From a virus (lineage: Duplodnaviria > Caudoviricetes), in IMG/VR virus record IMGVR_UViG_3300043428_000210, positions 1-45,830 of that record: a stretch of DNA of 45,830 bases, one strand, 5' to 3'. This document shows positions 1 through 10,084 of this stretch, piece after piece. The position numbers and the translations under genes were made by a program. The notes under the pieces were generated by a model, which searched no databases, was not told the origin of the DNA, and was given only the letters and a program-made list of their open reading frames with translations. The first letter of the stretch is position 1; every line of letters begins with the position of its first letter.

Positions 1-1
1 T

Positions 2-70
2 GAAGATCAGGCCCGGCTGTACCGGGTGAGCGTGGACTACACCTACCACCGGCCGGTGGGTTCACCGTGA
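2..70 (+). CDS. 3' end of probable tail terminator/tail completion protein (DUF3168-like), partial
   Basis: Frame from nt 2 reads EDQARLYRVSVDYTYHRPVGSP*; resembles DUF3168-type C-termini and lies directly before the tail tube gene. Confidence 0.5.
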   Translation, partial: EDQARLYRVSVDYTYHRPVGSP

Positions 71-86
71 AACAAGGAGCATCTGC

Positions 87-497
87 ATGAGCAGCACCGC
101 AATCACCGCGCAGGGCATTGCCATTGCCCGGTTTGGCACCACCGCCTTTGAAACCATCCCCAACGTGGTCTCGTTTCAAGGCCCTGGCGGGCAGGCCGCC
201 GTGATCGACGTGACCAATCTGGCGTCCACCGCCAAGGAAAAGCGCGTGGGCCTGCGCGACGAGGGTCAACTTTCCCTGACCCTGCACTACAACCCCGACG
301 ATCTGGTGCACCAGGGCCTGAGAACCGACCGGGCCAACCGGGTTCGTCGCCAGTTCAAGATCACTTTTACAGACACCAACCCTGCCACCTGGACCTTCTA
401 CGGCTATGTCACGCACTTCAGCGTGCAAGGCGGTGTGGATGCGGTCGTGCAGGCCTCCGTGACCATCGAGATCGATGGCGACATCACCGAAGCTTAA
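87..497 (+). CDS. Major tail tube protein (lambda gpV-like)
   Basis: AAGGAG RBS; IDVTNL...GLRDEGQLSL...FKITF...TFYGYV...VTIEIDG pattern typical of tube proteins; position before chaperones and TMP. Confidence 0.88.
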   Translation: MSSTAITAQGIAIARFGTTAFETIPNVVSFQGPGGQAAVIDVTNLASTAKEKRVGLRDEGQLSLTLHYNPDDLVHQGLRTDRANRVRRQFKITFTDTNPATWTFYGYVTHFSVQGGVDAVVQASVTIEIDGDITEA

Positions 498-511
498 AGA
501 GAGACACACCC

Positions 512-850
512 ATGTTGACCCGTGAACAAATCCTGCAGAGCGATGATCTGCCTCGTGAAACTGTCCAAGTCCCGGAGTGGGGAGGTGAGGTGCAGGTGCG
601 CACCATGACCGGTACCGACCGCGATGCCTTTGAAGCCAGCTTGATTGGCAAGGAAGGCCGCCTTGAGAACGTGCGTGCCCGCCTCGTCTCGCTCACCTTG
701 TGCGATGAGACGGGCAACCGTCTTTTCAGCGATGGTGACATCACGTCGCTCGGAGGCAAGAGCGCCAAGGCACTCGACCGTGTGTTTGCCGTGTCCCAGC
801 GCCTGAACGGCATTGGCGCTGATCAGGTGGACGCCGCAAAAAACGCCTGA
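512..850 (+). CDS. Tail assembly chaperone (gpG-like)
   Basis: MLTREQIL...VPEWGGEV.VR.M motif; between tube and TMP; ends AAKNA at a slippery site. Confidence 0.85.
   Translation: MLTREQILQSDDLPRETVQVPEWGGEVQVRTMTGTDRDAFEASLIGKEGRLENVRARLVSLTLCDETGNRLFSDGDITSLGGKSAKALDRVFAVSQRLNGIGADQVDAAKNA
838..844 (+). other. Programmed -1 ribosomal frameshift heptamer A_AAA_AAC
   Basis: GCA AAA AAC GCC TGA at the end of G; the -1 frame is open from 838 into the 874..1200 ORF. Confidence 0.85.
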
Positions 851-1200
851 TCGCCCATCCTTCGCGACGCTTTGTGTTCCGGCTGGCGCTGGCTTTGGGC
901 CTGCCGGTGCGCGAGATGCTCGCATCGATGGGATCGGACGAGCTGACCGAGTGGATGGCGTACTACCAGCTCGAGCCCTTTGGGGACTACCGGGCCGATT
1001 ACAGGTCCGGTGTGGTGGCCTCCACCTTTGCCAATGCCCACCGGGCCAAGGATGCGGGGCCGTTTCGGCCAGAGGACTTCATGCCTTTTCTGGATAAGCC
1101 GCAACCCACCCAACTTCAAGACGAAACACAGCTCAATGTGGCCCGGTTCAAGGCCATGTTCGCTCACAAGGTTCACATAAGGCAATCACAGCATGGCTGA
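838..1200 (+). CDS. Tail assembly chaperone GT extension (gpT-like, DUF4035-like), probably reached by frameshift
   Basis: FRLALALG..V.EML..M.S.EL.EWMAYY.LEPFG motif typical of T proteins; no clear RBS before GTG 874. Confidence 0.82.
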   Translation, partial: KKRLIAHPSRRFVFRLALALGLPVREMLASMGSDELTEWMAYYQLEPFGDYRADYRSGVVASTFANAHRAKDAGPFRPEDFMPFLDKPQPTQLQDETQLNVARFKAMFAHKVHIRQSQHG

Positions 1201-3637
1201 TATCGGCTCCCTCGTGGTCAAACTCGCAGCGGAAACGGCCGATTTCCGGGAGGATTTGGGCAAGAGTGCGCTGCTTTTGGAACGTCACGCCGAATCCATG
1301 CGTGGTTCCTTGGAGAAGGTGGCCGAAGTCGCTAAAACCACCTTTGCCATCGCCATCGGCGTGGAGTCGGTGGGGGCGCTCAAGGAGTTGGTGGCCCACA
1401 CGCTGGAAACCGTGGCCGCCCTGCAGGATCTGGCCGAGCAGACCGGGGCGAGCGCCTCAGCTCTGTCCGGCTTTGCACCGGTGGCCACCATTTCTGGTGT
1501 GGCGATGGAGCAGATTGGCGTAGGCCTGACCAAGCTCTCCAGGGGGCTGGCCGGGGTGGACGATGAGACCAAAGGGGCTTCTCAGGCCCTGCAGTTTCTG
1601 GGCGTCAAGGCCAAGGATGCGGGTGGCAACCTGCGCGATCCGGCTGAGGTCATGAACGACATTGCCCTGAAACTGTCCAATTTTGAGGACGGAGCAGGCA
1701 AGTCAGCCATTGCGCTTGAACTGTTTGGCAAATCTGGGGCGGGGCTGCTGCCCTTCCTCAAGGACCTGGCCGCCAACCAGGACCTGAACATCCGGCTTAC
1801 TGAGGCTGAGATCGAATCTGCCGAGAAGGCATCGAAGGCGCTGGGCCGCATGCGGGCCGAGCACAACTTTGTCGCTCAGACCATCGTCACTGCCGCGCTT
1901 CCTGCTCTTGAAGAGTTGGTGGGTGAGCTCAAGGCGGTGATGCTGGGCACGCACAACACGGCTGAGGCTATGGTCAAGCTGCGAGACGATGGCACGCTCA
2001 AGACCTGGGCACAGGACACAGCGTATGGCATTGCCATCGTGATCGATGCGCTGCGTGGTGTGATCCAGATGGCCAAGGCGGTCATGGGCAGCTTCGAGGC
2101 AGTCTGGGCTGACATCGAATTGCTCGGCACTTTCCTCGCTGGTGGCAAGGGACTGAACCCGTTTTCCGAGGAGAACCAGGCCACCCTAAAGACCGCATTG
2201 GAAAAACGCAACGCGATCGTTGAGAAGGCCAATCAGACCTACGTTGACCTCTGGAAGATGCCCCTCCTGGCCGATGCGGTCAAGGAGCGCTTTGACGCCA
2301 TCAACCGTGGCCAGACCGAAGCGGCTGGTGAAGCCGCCAAGCCCAAGCTCAACTACAACTCGGCCACTGGTGCGCTCACCGCAGCGGCCATGGCCAAGAT
2401 CGAGAGCGACATCAAGCAGCTGCAGGGGCTTACCGATGTGGAAACGGGCCTTCTGAAGGACCGGCAAAAGATCATCGATCTCTACGAGGGGCAGGGTTAC
2501 ATCAGCTACAAGGAGGCCAGTGAGGCCCGGCTGAACGCCCAGCAGGAATTCACAGACCGCTTGGGCGAGTTGTATGCCCAGGAAGAGTCCATCTTGAAGC
2601 GTGGCTTGGCCACCGTGGCCAAGACAGCCCAGGACAAATTGAAGCTTCAGGACAAACTCTCGGAAATCACCTTGCGCCGAGAAAAGCTTGAGCGCGAAGC
2701 CCAGCAGTCCAACCTCGAGCGCGAGATCAAGCTGCCGGGTGAAACGCTCAAGGACCTGCAGGAGCAGGTGGCCAGGAGCCAGGGACAGCTTCGATCGACC
2801 GAAGAGCAAATCAAGGTCCTGCGTGAGACCGGATCGATCAGCGAGATCGATGCGCTGAAACGTCTGTCCGCTGCCAGGCGTTCCAGCGCCGATGAGCTTG
2901 CGGATTTCGCTGCCAAGGCCAGAGAGCTGGTGGAGGCCACGCCTGGCAATGACAAGTTGGCCGAATCGTTTCGGCGCATCGAGGAGGCGGCCCGTCAGGC
3001 AGCCGATGGGGCGACCTTGCTGGGGCAACGGGCCCTTGAGTTGTCAGACCCCGGAGCGGGATTCTCCAAGGCGTTGCGCACTCTCGGGGAAGAAACCGAG
3101 CAGGTGGGCAAGCAGATGGAGGCGGTGACCACCAAGGCGTTCAATGGGATGACGGATGCACTCACCAATTTCGTGATGACGGGCAAGCTCGACTTCAGGT
3201 CGCTGGCCACCTCCATCATTTCGGACCTGATCCGCATCCAGATCCAGCGTGCCATCACGCTGCCTATGGCCAAGGCGCTGGGAAGCATGTTCGGGTTTGC
3301 CGATGGCGGGATCATGACCTCATCAGGCCCCTTGCCCTTGCGGGCCTACGCCAGCGGCGGTGTGGCTACAACGCCTCAGTTGGCGGTCTTTGGCGAGGGT
3401 TCTATGGCCGAGGCCTATGTGCCGCTGCCCGACGGTCGCTCGATCCCCGTCACGATGAACCAGTCCTCGTCCGGGGGCGGCGATGTATTCAACATCTCGG
3501 TCAACGTAGCCGAGGGTGGGGTGACCAGCAGCGCAGGGCAGGGCAAAGATCTGGGGCGGGCGATTTCCAGCGCGGTGCGCCAGGAGCTGCTCTATCAAAA
3601 GCGGGCCGGTGGTCTGCTGGACCCGCGTCGGCAGTGA
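1193..3637 (+). CDS. Tail tape measure protein (lambda-family C-terminal domain)
   Basis: 814 aa, Ala/Leu-rich helical; N-term IGSLVVKLAA; AFNGMTDALTNFVMTGKLDF and FADGG...GE.GEA..PL motifs; ends RAGGLL. Confidence 0.95.
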   Translation: MADIGSLVVKLAAETADFREDLGKSALLLERHAESMRGSLEKVAEVAKTTFAIAIGVESVGALKELVAHTLETVAALQDLAEQTGASASALSGFAPVATISGVAMEQIGVGLTKLSRGLAGVDDETKGASQALQFLGVKAKDAGGNLRDPAEVMNDIALKLSNFEDGAGKSAIALELFGKSGAGLLPFLKDLAANQDLNIRLTEAEIESAEKASKALGRMRAEHNFVAQTIVTAALPALEELVGELKAVMLGTHNTAEAMVKLRDDGTLKTWAQDTAYGIAIVIDALRGVIQMAKAVMGSFEAVWADIELLGTFLAGGKGLNPFSEENQATLKTALEKRNAIVEKANQTYVDLWKMPLLADAVKERFDAINRGQTEAAGEAAKPKLNYNSATGALTAAAMAKIESDIKQLQGLTDVETGLLKDRQKIIDLYEGQGYISYKEASEARLNAQQEFTDRLGELYAQEESILKRGLATVAKTAQDKLKLQDKLSEITLRREKLEREAQQSNLEREIKLPGETLKDLQEQVARSQGQLRSTEEQIKVLRETGSISEIDALKRLSAARRSSADELADFAAKARELVEATPGNDKLAESFRRIEEAARQAADGATLLGQRALELSDPGAGFSKALRTLGEETEQVGKQMEAVTTKAFNGMTDALTNFVMTGKLDFRSLATSIISDLIRIQIQRAITLPMAKALGSMFGFADGGIMTSSGPLPLRAYASGGVATTPQLAVFGEGSMAEAYVPLPDGRSIPVTMNQSSSGGGDVFNISVNVAEGGVTSSAGQGKDLGRAISSAVRQELLYQKRAGGLLDPRRQ

Positions 3638-3654
3638 TGTATTGAAGGATTCTC

Positions 3655-3993
3655 ATGGCGACATTTACATGGATCGCCTCGATTGGGGCATCCCTCAACC
3701 TCAAACCCAATGTCCGCAAGGTCTCCTTTGGGGACGGGTACGAGCAGCGCCTGGCCTTTGGCATCAACACCCAACCGGAGATCTGGTCCCTGGAATTCAG
3801 GGGCAAATCAACGGCCGAGGCGGCTGCTATCGACAACTTCCTGCGTGCCTGTGGGGCGGTTCAGTCATTCGACTGGACTACCCCGAGTGGCATTGCGGGC
3901 AAATTTCTGTGCGAGGAGTGGAGTCGCACGGTGGAAGAACCCAATCTGGAAAACATCCGAGCCACATTCAGGCAGGTGTTTGATCTCTCATGA
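3655..3993 (+). CDS. Minor tail protein M
   Basis: VRKVSFGDGYEQR...GIN...FL...GAVQSFDWTTP motif of gpM. Confidence 0.92.
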   Translation: MATFTWIASIGASLNLKPNVRKVSFGDGYEQRLAFGINTQPEIWSLEFRGKSTAEAAAIDNFLRACGAVQSFDWTTPSGIAGKFLCEEWSRTVEEPNLENIRATFRQVFDLS

Positions 3994-4694
3994 CGGCCCA
4001 ATCAATTGCTACAGAAATCCAGAAGCTCTACCCGAGTGCCGTCATCGAGCTCTTCGTCATGGACCTGACCCTCTTCAATGAAGGGGTGGTTCGCTTTCAT
4101 GCGGGCACCAATGAGCTGCGCCGTCAGGTGGTCTGGCAAGGCAACACCTATGAGCCGTTCCCTATCCAGGCTGAAGGCTTCGAGTTCAACGGCAACGGCC
4201 AGGTGCCGCGTCCCAAGCTCAAGGTGGCCAACGTCACGGGCAGCATCACTGCGCTGATCCTCTCCTACCAGGACCTGGTGGGGGCTCGTGTCACGCGAAA
4301 GCGCACGCTGCTCAAGTACCTTGATGCCGTGAATTTCGGGACCGGTACCAACCCGACCGCAGACCCGACTGCCGAGTTTGCCGACGATGTGTATTTCATT
4401 GACCGCAAGTCACGAGAGACCCGGGATGTGGTCGAGTTCGAGTTGGCTGCTTCGTTCGATCTCGAGGGAGTGTCCTTGCCCAGACGGCAGATTGTTCAGA
4501 ACGTCTGCCCCTGGAGCTACCGGGGCTCAGAGTGCGGCTACACCGGGACGGCCTATTTCAACGCCAACGATGAGACGGTGACTTCACGGTCGCAGGATGT
4601 CTGCGGCAAACGACTGGTGTCCTGTCAGAAGCGTTTTGGCTCGAATGCCGAGCTGCCCTTTGGCGGGTTCCCAGCGGCGGGGTTGATCAGATGA
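3990..4694 (+). CDS. Minor tail protein L
   Basis: WQGNTYEPFPI.AEGFE...PRPKL.VAN; four C-terminal Cys (CPWSYRGSECGY...DVCGKRLVSC), the Fe-S ligands known from lambda gpL. Confidence 0.93.
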   Translation: MTAQSIATEIQKLYPSAVIELFVMDLTLFNEGVVRFHAGTNELRRQVVWQGNTYEPFPIQAEGFEFNGNGQVPRPKLKVANVTGSITALILSYQDLVGARVTRKRTLLKYLDAVNFGTGTNPTADPTAEFADDVYFIDRKSRETRDVVEFELAASFDLEGVSLPRRQIVQNVCPWSYRGSECGYTGTAYFNANDETVTSRSQDVCGKRLVSCQKRFGSNAELPFGGFPAAGLIR

Positions 4695-5434
4695 TGGACT
4701 CCGTCAACCAATCGCTGGCGCTGGCCCATGCTGCTCGGGAGTTTCCCCGCGAAGCCTGTGGCCTGCTCGTCATTCACAAGGGCCGGGAGACCTATGTCCC
4801 ATGCCGCAACATTGGCGTGGGTACCGACCAGTTCGTGATCCACCCCGAGGACTATGTCCGGGCCGATCGGCTTGGAGAGATCGTGGGGGTGTTCCATTCC
4901 CATCCGAATCTGCCCGCTGAGCCCAGCCAGGCCGACAAGGTGGCCTGCGAAGCTTCCGGCTTGCCCTGGTTCATTCTGTCCTTCCCCTCTGGACAGTGGC
5001 ATGAGATGCAGCCATCTGGCTACATCGCTCCTATGGTCGGTCGGGCATGGGCCCACGGGGTGCTTGATTGCTACTCGGTGATCCGGGACTGGTATCGGGC
5101 AGAGCGAGGTATTGACCTGCCGAACTTTGACCGCTTTGACGAATGGTGGAAGCGCGGCCAGAGCCTGTACCTCGACAACTTTGGCTTGGCTGGCTTTGAG
5201 TCACTGGGCTCCGTTCAATCCCAAGACATGGAAGTTGGCGATGTGCTCCTGATGCAGGTGGCTTCGCCCGTTCCCAACCATGCCGCCATCTACCTGGGTG
5301 ATGGCTTGATCCTGCATCACCTGCAGGGCAGGCTCTCCAGCCGGGACGTGTATGGCGGCTACTGGCAAAAGATCACCACCCACACGTTGCGGCACATCCT
5401 GAGACATCGCACAGAAATAACCCAACCTCCATGA
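4691..5434 (+). CDS. Tail assembly protein K (JAB/Mov34 plus NlpC/P60)
   Basis: PREACG...HSHP...PSQAD (JAB); DCYSVIRDWY and NHAAIYLG...ILHH (C40). Confidence 0.93.
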   Translation: MMDSVNQSLALAHAAREFPREACGLLVIHKGRETYVPCRNIGVGTDQFVIHPEDYVRADRLGEIVGVFHSHPNLPAEPSQADKVACEASGLPWFILSFPSGQWHEMQPSGYIAPMVGRAWAHGVLDCYSVIRDWYRAERGIDLPNFDRFDEWWKRGQSLYLDNFGLAGFESLGSVQSQDMEVGDVLLMQVASPVPNHAAIYLGDGLILHHLQGRLSSRDVYGGYWQKITTHTLRHILRHRTEITQPP

Positions 5435-6024
5435 CCACCATCATCCTTCTCGGCGAGCTGGGCAAGCGCTTCGGGCGCAGGCACAAGATGGCTGTGGCCA
5501 CTGCTGCGGAAGCGGTGCGTGCCCTGTGCGCGAACTTTCCCACTTTCGAGCGAGAACTTGTCGCCTCAGGTGAGCGAGGTGTGGGCTACCGGGTGCTGGC
5601 CGGACGGGACGCCTTGAATCTTGAGCGGCTGCATGAGCCCACAGGTCAGCAGCACATCACGATTACACCCGTGATCTCGGGTGCAGGGGGCAATGGGCTG
5701 GGCCAGATCCTGTTGGGGGCAGCCCTGATAGCTGTGTCCTGGTGGAACCCGATGGGCTGGGCTGCTGCGGGTTCGTTTCTCTCGCAGGCCACGCTCTATT
5801 CGGTGGGCACCTCCATGATTTTGGGAGGCGTGGCCCAGATGATTGCTCCGACGGCCAAGTCTTCTGACCCTTCCGAGCGACCAGAAAACCAGCCGAGCTA
5901 TGTTTTCAACGGCGCTGTGAACACCACGGCCCAAGGGCATCCCGTGCCTGTGGGTTACGGGCGGCTAATTGTGGGGTCTGCTGTGATCAGCGCAGGCATT
6001 GATGTGGATGAAATAGCTGTATGA
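5431..6024 (+). CDS. Tail assembly protein I
   Basis: L.GELGKRFGR.H...AEAVRAL; SYVFNGAVNTTAQG.PVPVGYG...GSAVIS. Confidence 0.93.
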   Translation: MTTIILLGELGKRFGRRHKMAVATAAEAVRALCANFPTFERELVASGERGVGYRVLAGRDALNLERLHEPTGQQHITITPVISGAGGNGLGQILLGAALIAVSWWNPMGWAAAGSFLSQATLYSVGTSMILGGVAQMIAPTAKSSDPSERPENQPSYVFNGAVNTTAQGHPVPVGYGRLIVGSAVISAGIDVDEIAV

Positions 6025-9000
6025 GCACCGTTGATTCTCAATTGATTGTCGGAGCTGGCGGTGGTGGCAAAGGCGGGGGCGGCAGCGCTCGGGTGGCCCA
6101 GGAAGCGCCAGACAGCCTGCGCTCTAAAGCCTATGCGCGGGTGGTCGACCTCGTCTGCGAGGGCGAGATCGAGGGCCTAGTTGGTGGCCTGAAGTCGGTG
6201 TATCTGGACGACACTCCCATCCAGAATTCGGATGGCTCGTACAACTTCACCGGCGTGACGCTGGAGGCGCGCACAGGCACCCAGCAGCAAAGCTACATTC
6301 CCGGCTTTTCCTCTGTGGAAAACGAGGTCTCGGTCGGGGTGGAGTGCAAATACGGCCAGCCCGTGGTGCGCTCCATCACCGACCCGGACGTGGACGCTGT
6401 GCGCGTCAAGGTCAGCATCCCGACGCTGACGCTGCAGGACACCACCAACGGAGACCTGAACGGCACTTCGGTCAGCTACGCGATCGACGTGCAGGCGCGG
6501 GGAGCCGGGTATGTGCAGGTGGTCACCGACACTGTCTCGGGAAAAACCACTTCGCGCTACCAGCGCAGCTACTACGTCCCGCTCATCGGCACTGGCCCTT
6601 GGGATGTGCGCCTGCGCCGCATTACGGCAGACTCGACGCAGACCAGTCTGCAAAACAAGACGTTCCTCGAGTCCTACACCGAGGTGATCGAGAGCAAGCT
6701 GCGCTATCCCAACAGCGCGCTGATGGCCTTGCGGGTCGACGCTTCGCAATTCACCTCGATTCCCAGGCGCAGCTATGACCTCAAGCTCCTTCGGGTTCGC
6801 ATCCCATCGAACTACTTTCCCGAAACCCGCTCCTATGCCGGTGTCTGGGATGGCAGCTTCAAGGTTGCCTGGACGGACAACCCCGCCTGGTGTTTTTATG
6901 ACCTGGTGACCAGCACCCGCTACGGTCTTGGCAATTACATCCCTGAGTCGCAAGTCGATAAGTGGGCGCTGTACCGGGTGGCCAAGTACTGTGACGAGTT
7001 GGTGCCCAACGGCCTGGGTGGCTATGAGCCACGCTTTACCTGCAACCTGTATCTGCAGACCCGGGAGCAGGCCTACAAAGTGGTGCAGGACATGGCCTCG
7101 GTGTTCCGGGGCATGGCCTATTGGTCGGGTGGTGCCATCACGGTCACGCAGGATGCGCCGCAGGATCCGGTCTACCAGTTCACCGCTGCAAACGTTGTAG
7201 ATGGTGAGTTCGCCTACCAGGGGTCCTCTGCCAAGGCTCGGCACACGGTGGCGCTAGTCAGCTGGGTGGATCCGGATGATTTCTACCGCCAGAAGGTGGA
7301 ATACGTCGAGGACCTCGCAGGCATCGCCAGATATGGGGTGGTGCAGGCCGATGTGGTGGCCATGGGGTGTACCTCTCGCGGTCAGGCCAACCGGGTGGGC
7401 AAATGGCTGCTTTACTCCGAGCAGTCTGAGTCGGAGATCATCACTTTCCGCACCGGACTCGAGGGTGCGGTGGTAAGGCCCGGCGATGTCATCAAGGTGG
7501 CCGATGCCAGCAGAGGTGGCATGCGACTGGGGGGGCGCATTGCTGCGGCCACAACCGTCAGTGTCACGCTCGATCAAGACCTGCCCGCAGGATCCTGGCG
7601 GATCTCCGTGGTGCTGCCCACCGGTGTCGTTGAAGAGCGGCAAGTTGGCTCGCTGTCCGGCCGGACTGTGGGTGTGACCAGCGCGTTTTCGATGGCCCCA
7701 CAGGTGGGGGCGATCTGGGTGCTGTCTTCCACGCTGGTAGAGGCTCAGCTCTTTCGGGTGGTGCAAGTCGCTGAAAGCGAACCTGGTATCCACGAAATCA
7801 CAGCGCTGGCGCACAACCCCAGCAAGTACGCAGCCATCGAGCAGGGCCTGGCCTTGCAGCCTCGTGCCATCACCGTGCTCTCGACCACGCCTGCAGCCCC
7901 GACGGGGCTGACCGTGACCGAGAGCCTTTACCGGGTCAAGGATCAGGCGCTGGTGCTAATCCAGCTCGGCTGGGAGCAGGTCTTTGGTGCTCTGGAGTAC
8001 CAGGTCACCTACCGCGTCAACGGCGGCAACACGGTCACGCTGCCCAAAGTCTCCAGCACCTATCTGGAAATCCGAAACGCTGAGGCTGGTGACTATGTCT
8101 TCACGGTTCGGGCTGTTGGCGTTTCGGGCAAGCTGGGCAACTCCGCAAGCCTGAGCCAGAGCATTCTGGGCAAGCTCCAGCCGCCAGATGATGTGCAGGA
8201 CTTTGTGGTGCTGCGCCGCACGACCAATCTGCTCCTGAGCTGGAGTGCCAACACCGATGCCGACCTCTCGGGGTATGAGGTACGGGTCGGAACAGGGTGG
8301 GATTCGGGTGTGATGGTCGGGCAGACAGCGGGCACGCAGCTCGTGCACGACCAAAGCGAGTCGGGTCAGTACAACTATCACATCCGAGCCTTTGACACCT
8401 CCGGCAAGTACAGCCAGCACGTCACCACCTTCCAGCTCACCTTGCTCGCGCCCTCATCGGTGCGGCAATTTGATGTGGTGCAGTCAGCCAACCGGCTGGA
8501 GTTTCGTTGGCTGCCCAATCCCGAGCCGGAGGTCGTGGCTTATGAGTTGCGGGAAGGGGGTGCCTGGGACACCTCGATCTTCATTGCCGAGGTCAAGTCC
8601 AGCAGTTTCACGCTGCCCTCAGGCTTTGATGGTGAGCGCAAGTTCTGGATCAAGGCGATTGCCTCGCCCGGCATTTACTCGGAAGAAGCCACCTTCGTCT
8701 CCACCGTGGTGGCGCAGCCCCAGAACGCCAATCTGCTGGTGACAGTGGATGCTCAGGCGACCCGATTCCCTGGTGTGAAGCATTTCGCATCGGTCGAATC
8801 GGTCAACAGCCTGGATGTGCTGCGCATGGACAGCGGGGTGACCCAGTCCGAGTACCTGTTTGAAGTGAACCTGCCTACCAGCTACCGGGCACAGAACACC
8901 TTGCTGGCCAGCATCGGAGCGACGTTGGATGACCGCGAGACCTGGACCTTGGCCAATTACGCCTGGATCAGCTCGGCGGCCAAGCGGCAATGGACCTATG

Positions 9001-9542
9001 ACGGGGCGCTCAAAAGCATCGAAGCGAGGTTTCAGATGGCCCGTGAGGATGCCCTGCAAGCGGGTGAGCTCTACGGCTGGCGCCTTAATGGGGTGCTCGG
9101 TGGCTACGGAAACCCCGTGGGCGCTGAAGCCATTGGCGTGGGCTATGGCGATGGGCGCTACGGCAGTGGTGTGCTGGTCAAGGACACGACCAAGGTGTCC
9201 TGGGGGGTGAGCATTCCGGGTGTCTTTCATGTGAGCTTCTGGTTCATCCCGAACCAGATCACCACATCGGTCATCTGGACGGCCACGGGAGGAGGGGGCG
9301 GTGTGGGAGTGAGCCTCCTGGTCGGCTATGACTCTGTAGCGGGGACGTTCTTTCTGGAAGACCAACTTTTTAACCGGGTGGTGGTGCCTTACCCCGTGAA
9401 CGTGGCCGATCGCATCTGCATCGGTGTGTGCCAGACAGCAACAGAGCGCAGGCTTTTCATCGGAAAGATGGGAGGCGAGGTCCAAAGCGCAAGCCAACCT
9501 CTGGCACCGACAGCGGGGTATTCGACCCTCAAGCTGTACTGA
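6021..9542 (+). CDS. Host specificity / central tail tip protein J with FN3-like repeats
   Basis: GGGGKGGG start, EGEIEGLV, AWTDNPAWC.YDL...RYGLG, EPRFTCN, GCTSRGQA.R.GKWLL; FN3-like segments (PAAPTGLTV, PPDDVQDF, LSWS). Confidence 0.95.
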   Translation: MSTVDSQLIVGAGGGGKGGGGSARVAQEAPDSLRSKAYARVVDLVCEGEIEGLVGGLKSVYLDDTPIQNSDGSYNFTGVTLEARTGTQQQSYIPGFSSVENEVSVGVECKYGQPVVRSITDPDVDAVRVKVSIPTLTLQDTTNGDLNGTSVSYAIDVQARGAGYVQVVTDTVSGKTTSRYQRSYYVPLIGTGPWDVRLRRITADSTQTSLQNKTFLESYTEVIESKLRYPNSALMALRVDASQFTSIPRRSYDLKLLRVRIPSNYFPETRSYAGVWDGSFKVAWTDNPAWCFYDLVTSTRYGLGNYIPESQVDKWALYRVAKYCDELVPNGLGGYEPRFTCNLYLQTREQAYKVVQDMASVFRGMAYWSGGAITVTQDAPQDPVYQFTAANVVDGEFAYQGSSAKARHTVALVSWVDPDDFYRQKVEYVEDLAGIARYGVVQADVVAMGCTSRGQANRVGKWLLYSEQSESEIITFRTGLEGAVVRPGDVIKVADASRGGMRLGGRIAAATTVSVTLDQDLPAGSWRISVVLPTGVVEERQVGSLSGRTVGVTSAFSMAPQVGAIWVLSSTLVEAQLFRVVQVAESEPGIHEITALAHNPSKYAAIEQGLALQPRAITVLSTTPAAPTGLTVTESLYRVKDQALVLIQLGWEQVFGALEYQVTYRVNGGNTVTLPKVSSTYLEIRNAEAGDYVFTVRAVGVSGKLGNSASLSQSILGKLQPPDDVQDFVVLRRTTNLLLSWSANTDADLSGYEVRVGTGWDSGVMVGQTAGTQLVHDQSESGQYNYHIRAFDTSGKYSQHVTTFQLTLLAPSSVRQFDVVQSANRLEFRWLPNPEPEVVAYELREGGAWDTSIFIAEVKSSSFTLPSGFDGERKFWIKAIASPGIYSEEATFVSTVVAQPQNANLLVTVDAQATRFPGVKHFASVESVNSLDVLRMDSGVTQSEYLFEVNLPTSYRAQNTLLASIGATLDDRETWTLANYAWISSAAKRQWTYDGALKSIEARFQMAREDALQAGELYGWRLNGVLGGYGNPVGAEAIGVGYGDGRYGSGVLVKDTTKVSWGVSIPGVFHVSFWFIPNQITTSVIWTATGGGGGVGVSLLVGYDSVAGTFFLEDQLFNRVVVPYPVNVADRICIGVCQTATERRLFIGKMGGEVQSASQPLAPTAGYSTLKLY

Positions 9543-9577
9543 CAGATCAGTTCAGACAAATCAATCAACCTGAGTAC

Positions 9578-9613
9578 AGGCGTTGCACCCAATGGGGCAG
9601 CGCCTATTTTTTT
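9578..9613 (+). terminator. Intrinsic terminator-like hairpin after J
   Basis: AGGCGTTGC-acccaatggg-GCAGCGCCT (one G:U pair) followed by A and T7. Confidence 0.7.
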
Positions 9614-9624
9614 GGAGAAATCCC

Positions 9625-10071
9625 ATGATGGATGAAGGCATGCAAATCAAGGGCTCGCTCACGCTGGTGCTGGCCAAGCCCAGTGGCGAAGTCGAGGTGG
9701 TCCACAAAGACAACATCATCGTCAACGGCGGCTTTGACTTCGTGGCCGATGCGATTGGCAACTCTGGCAGTCGCCCCGGGGTGATGGGCTGGATTGCGGT
9801 GGGGACGGGCACGACAGCCGCAGCCTCGACGCAGACCGCCCTGGTCACCGAGATCAAACGCAACGCCTCGACCTACGCCCACACGGCGGGCACCAAGGTG
9901 TTCACCTTTACGGCCAGTTATGCGGCGGGCGACGCCACAGGTGCATTGACCGAAGCGGGTGTGTTCAACGCTGCCTCGGCCGGAACCATGTTCGATCGTG
10001 TGGTTTTCCCTGTGGTCAACAAGGGTGTGGACGACAGCCTGACCGCAGTTTTTACCTTCACGATGAGCTGA
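9625..10071 (+). CDS. Phage tail-fibre/baseplate-associated protein (tail-collar-like N-terminal module)
   Basis: GGAG RBS at 9614, ATG at 9625; N.IVN.G...IAVGTGTTAA...TAL.TEI...LTEAGVFN...MFDR.VF.VVNK pattern seen in fibre N-terminal modules. Confidence 0.65.
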   Translation: MMDEGMQIKGSLTLVLAKPSGEVEVVHKDNIIVNGGFDFVADAIGNSGSRPGVMGWIAVGTGTTAAASTQTALVTEIKRNASTYAHTAGTKVFTFTASYAAGDATGALTEAGVFNAASAGTMFDRVVFPVVNKGVDDSLTAVFTFTMS

Positions 10072-10084
10072 TCGGGCGAATGAC

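Noticed and set aside
6177-7244. Long antisense ORFs (also 2186..3028, 8619..9497, 23588..24700, 25147..26061)
   Set aside because: They shadow well-supported genes on the opposite strand, as expected from GC-rich codon bias, and have no recognisable motifs
9285-9310. G-rich tract in J (GGGGGVG) as a phase-variation site
   Set aside because: Longest G run is only 5 and the frame is intact; more likely a Gly linker
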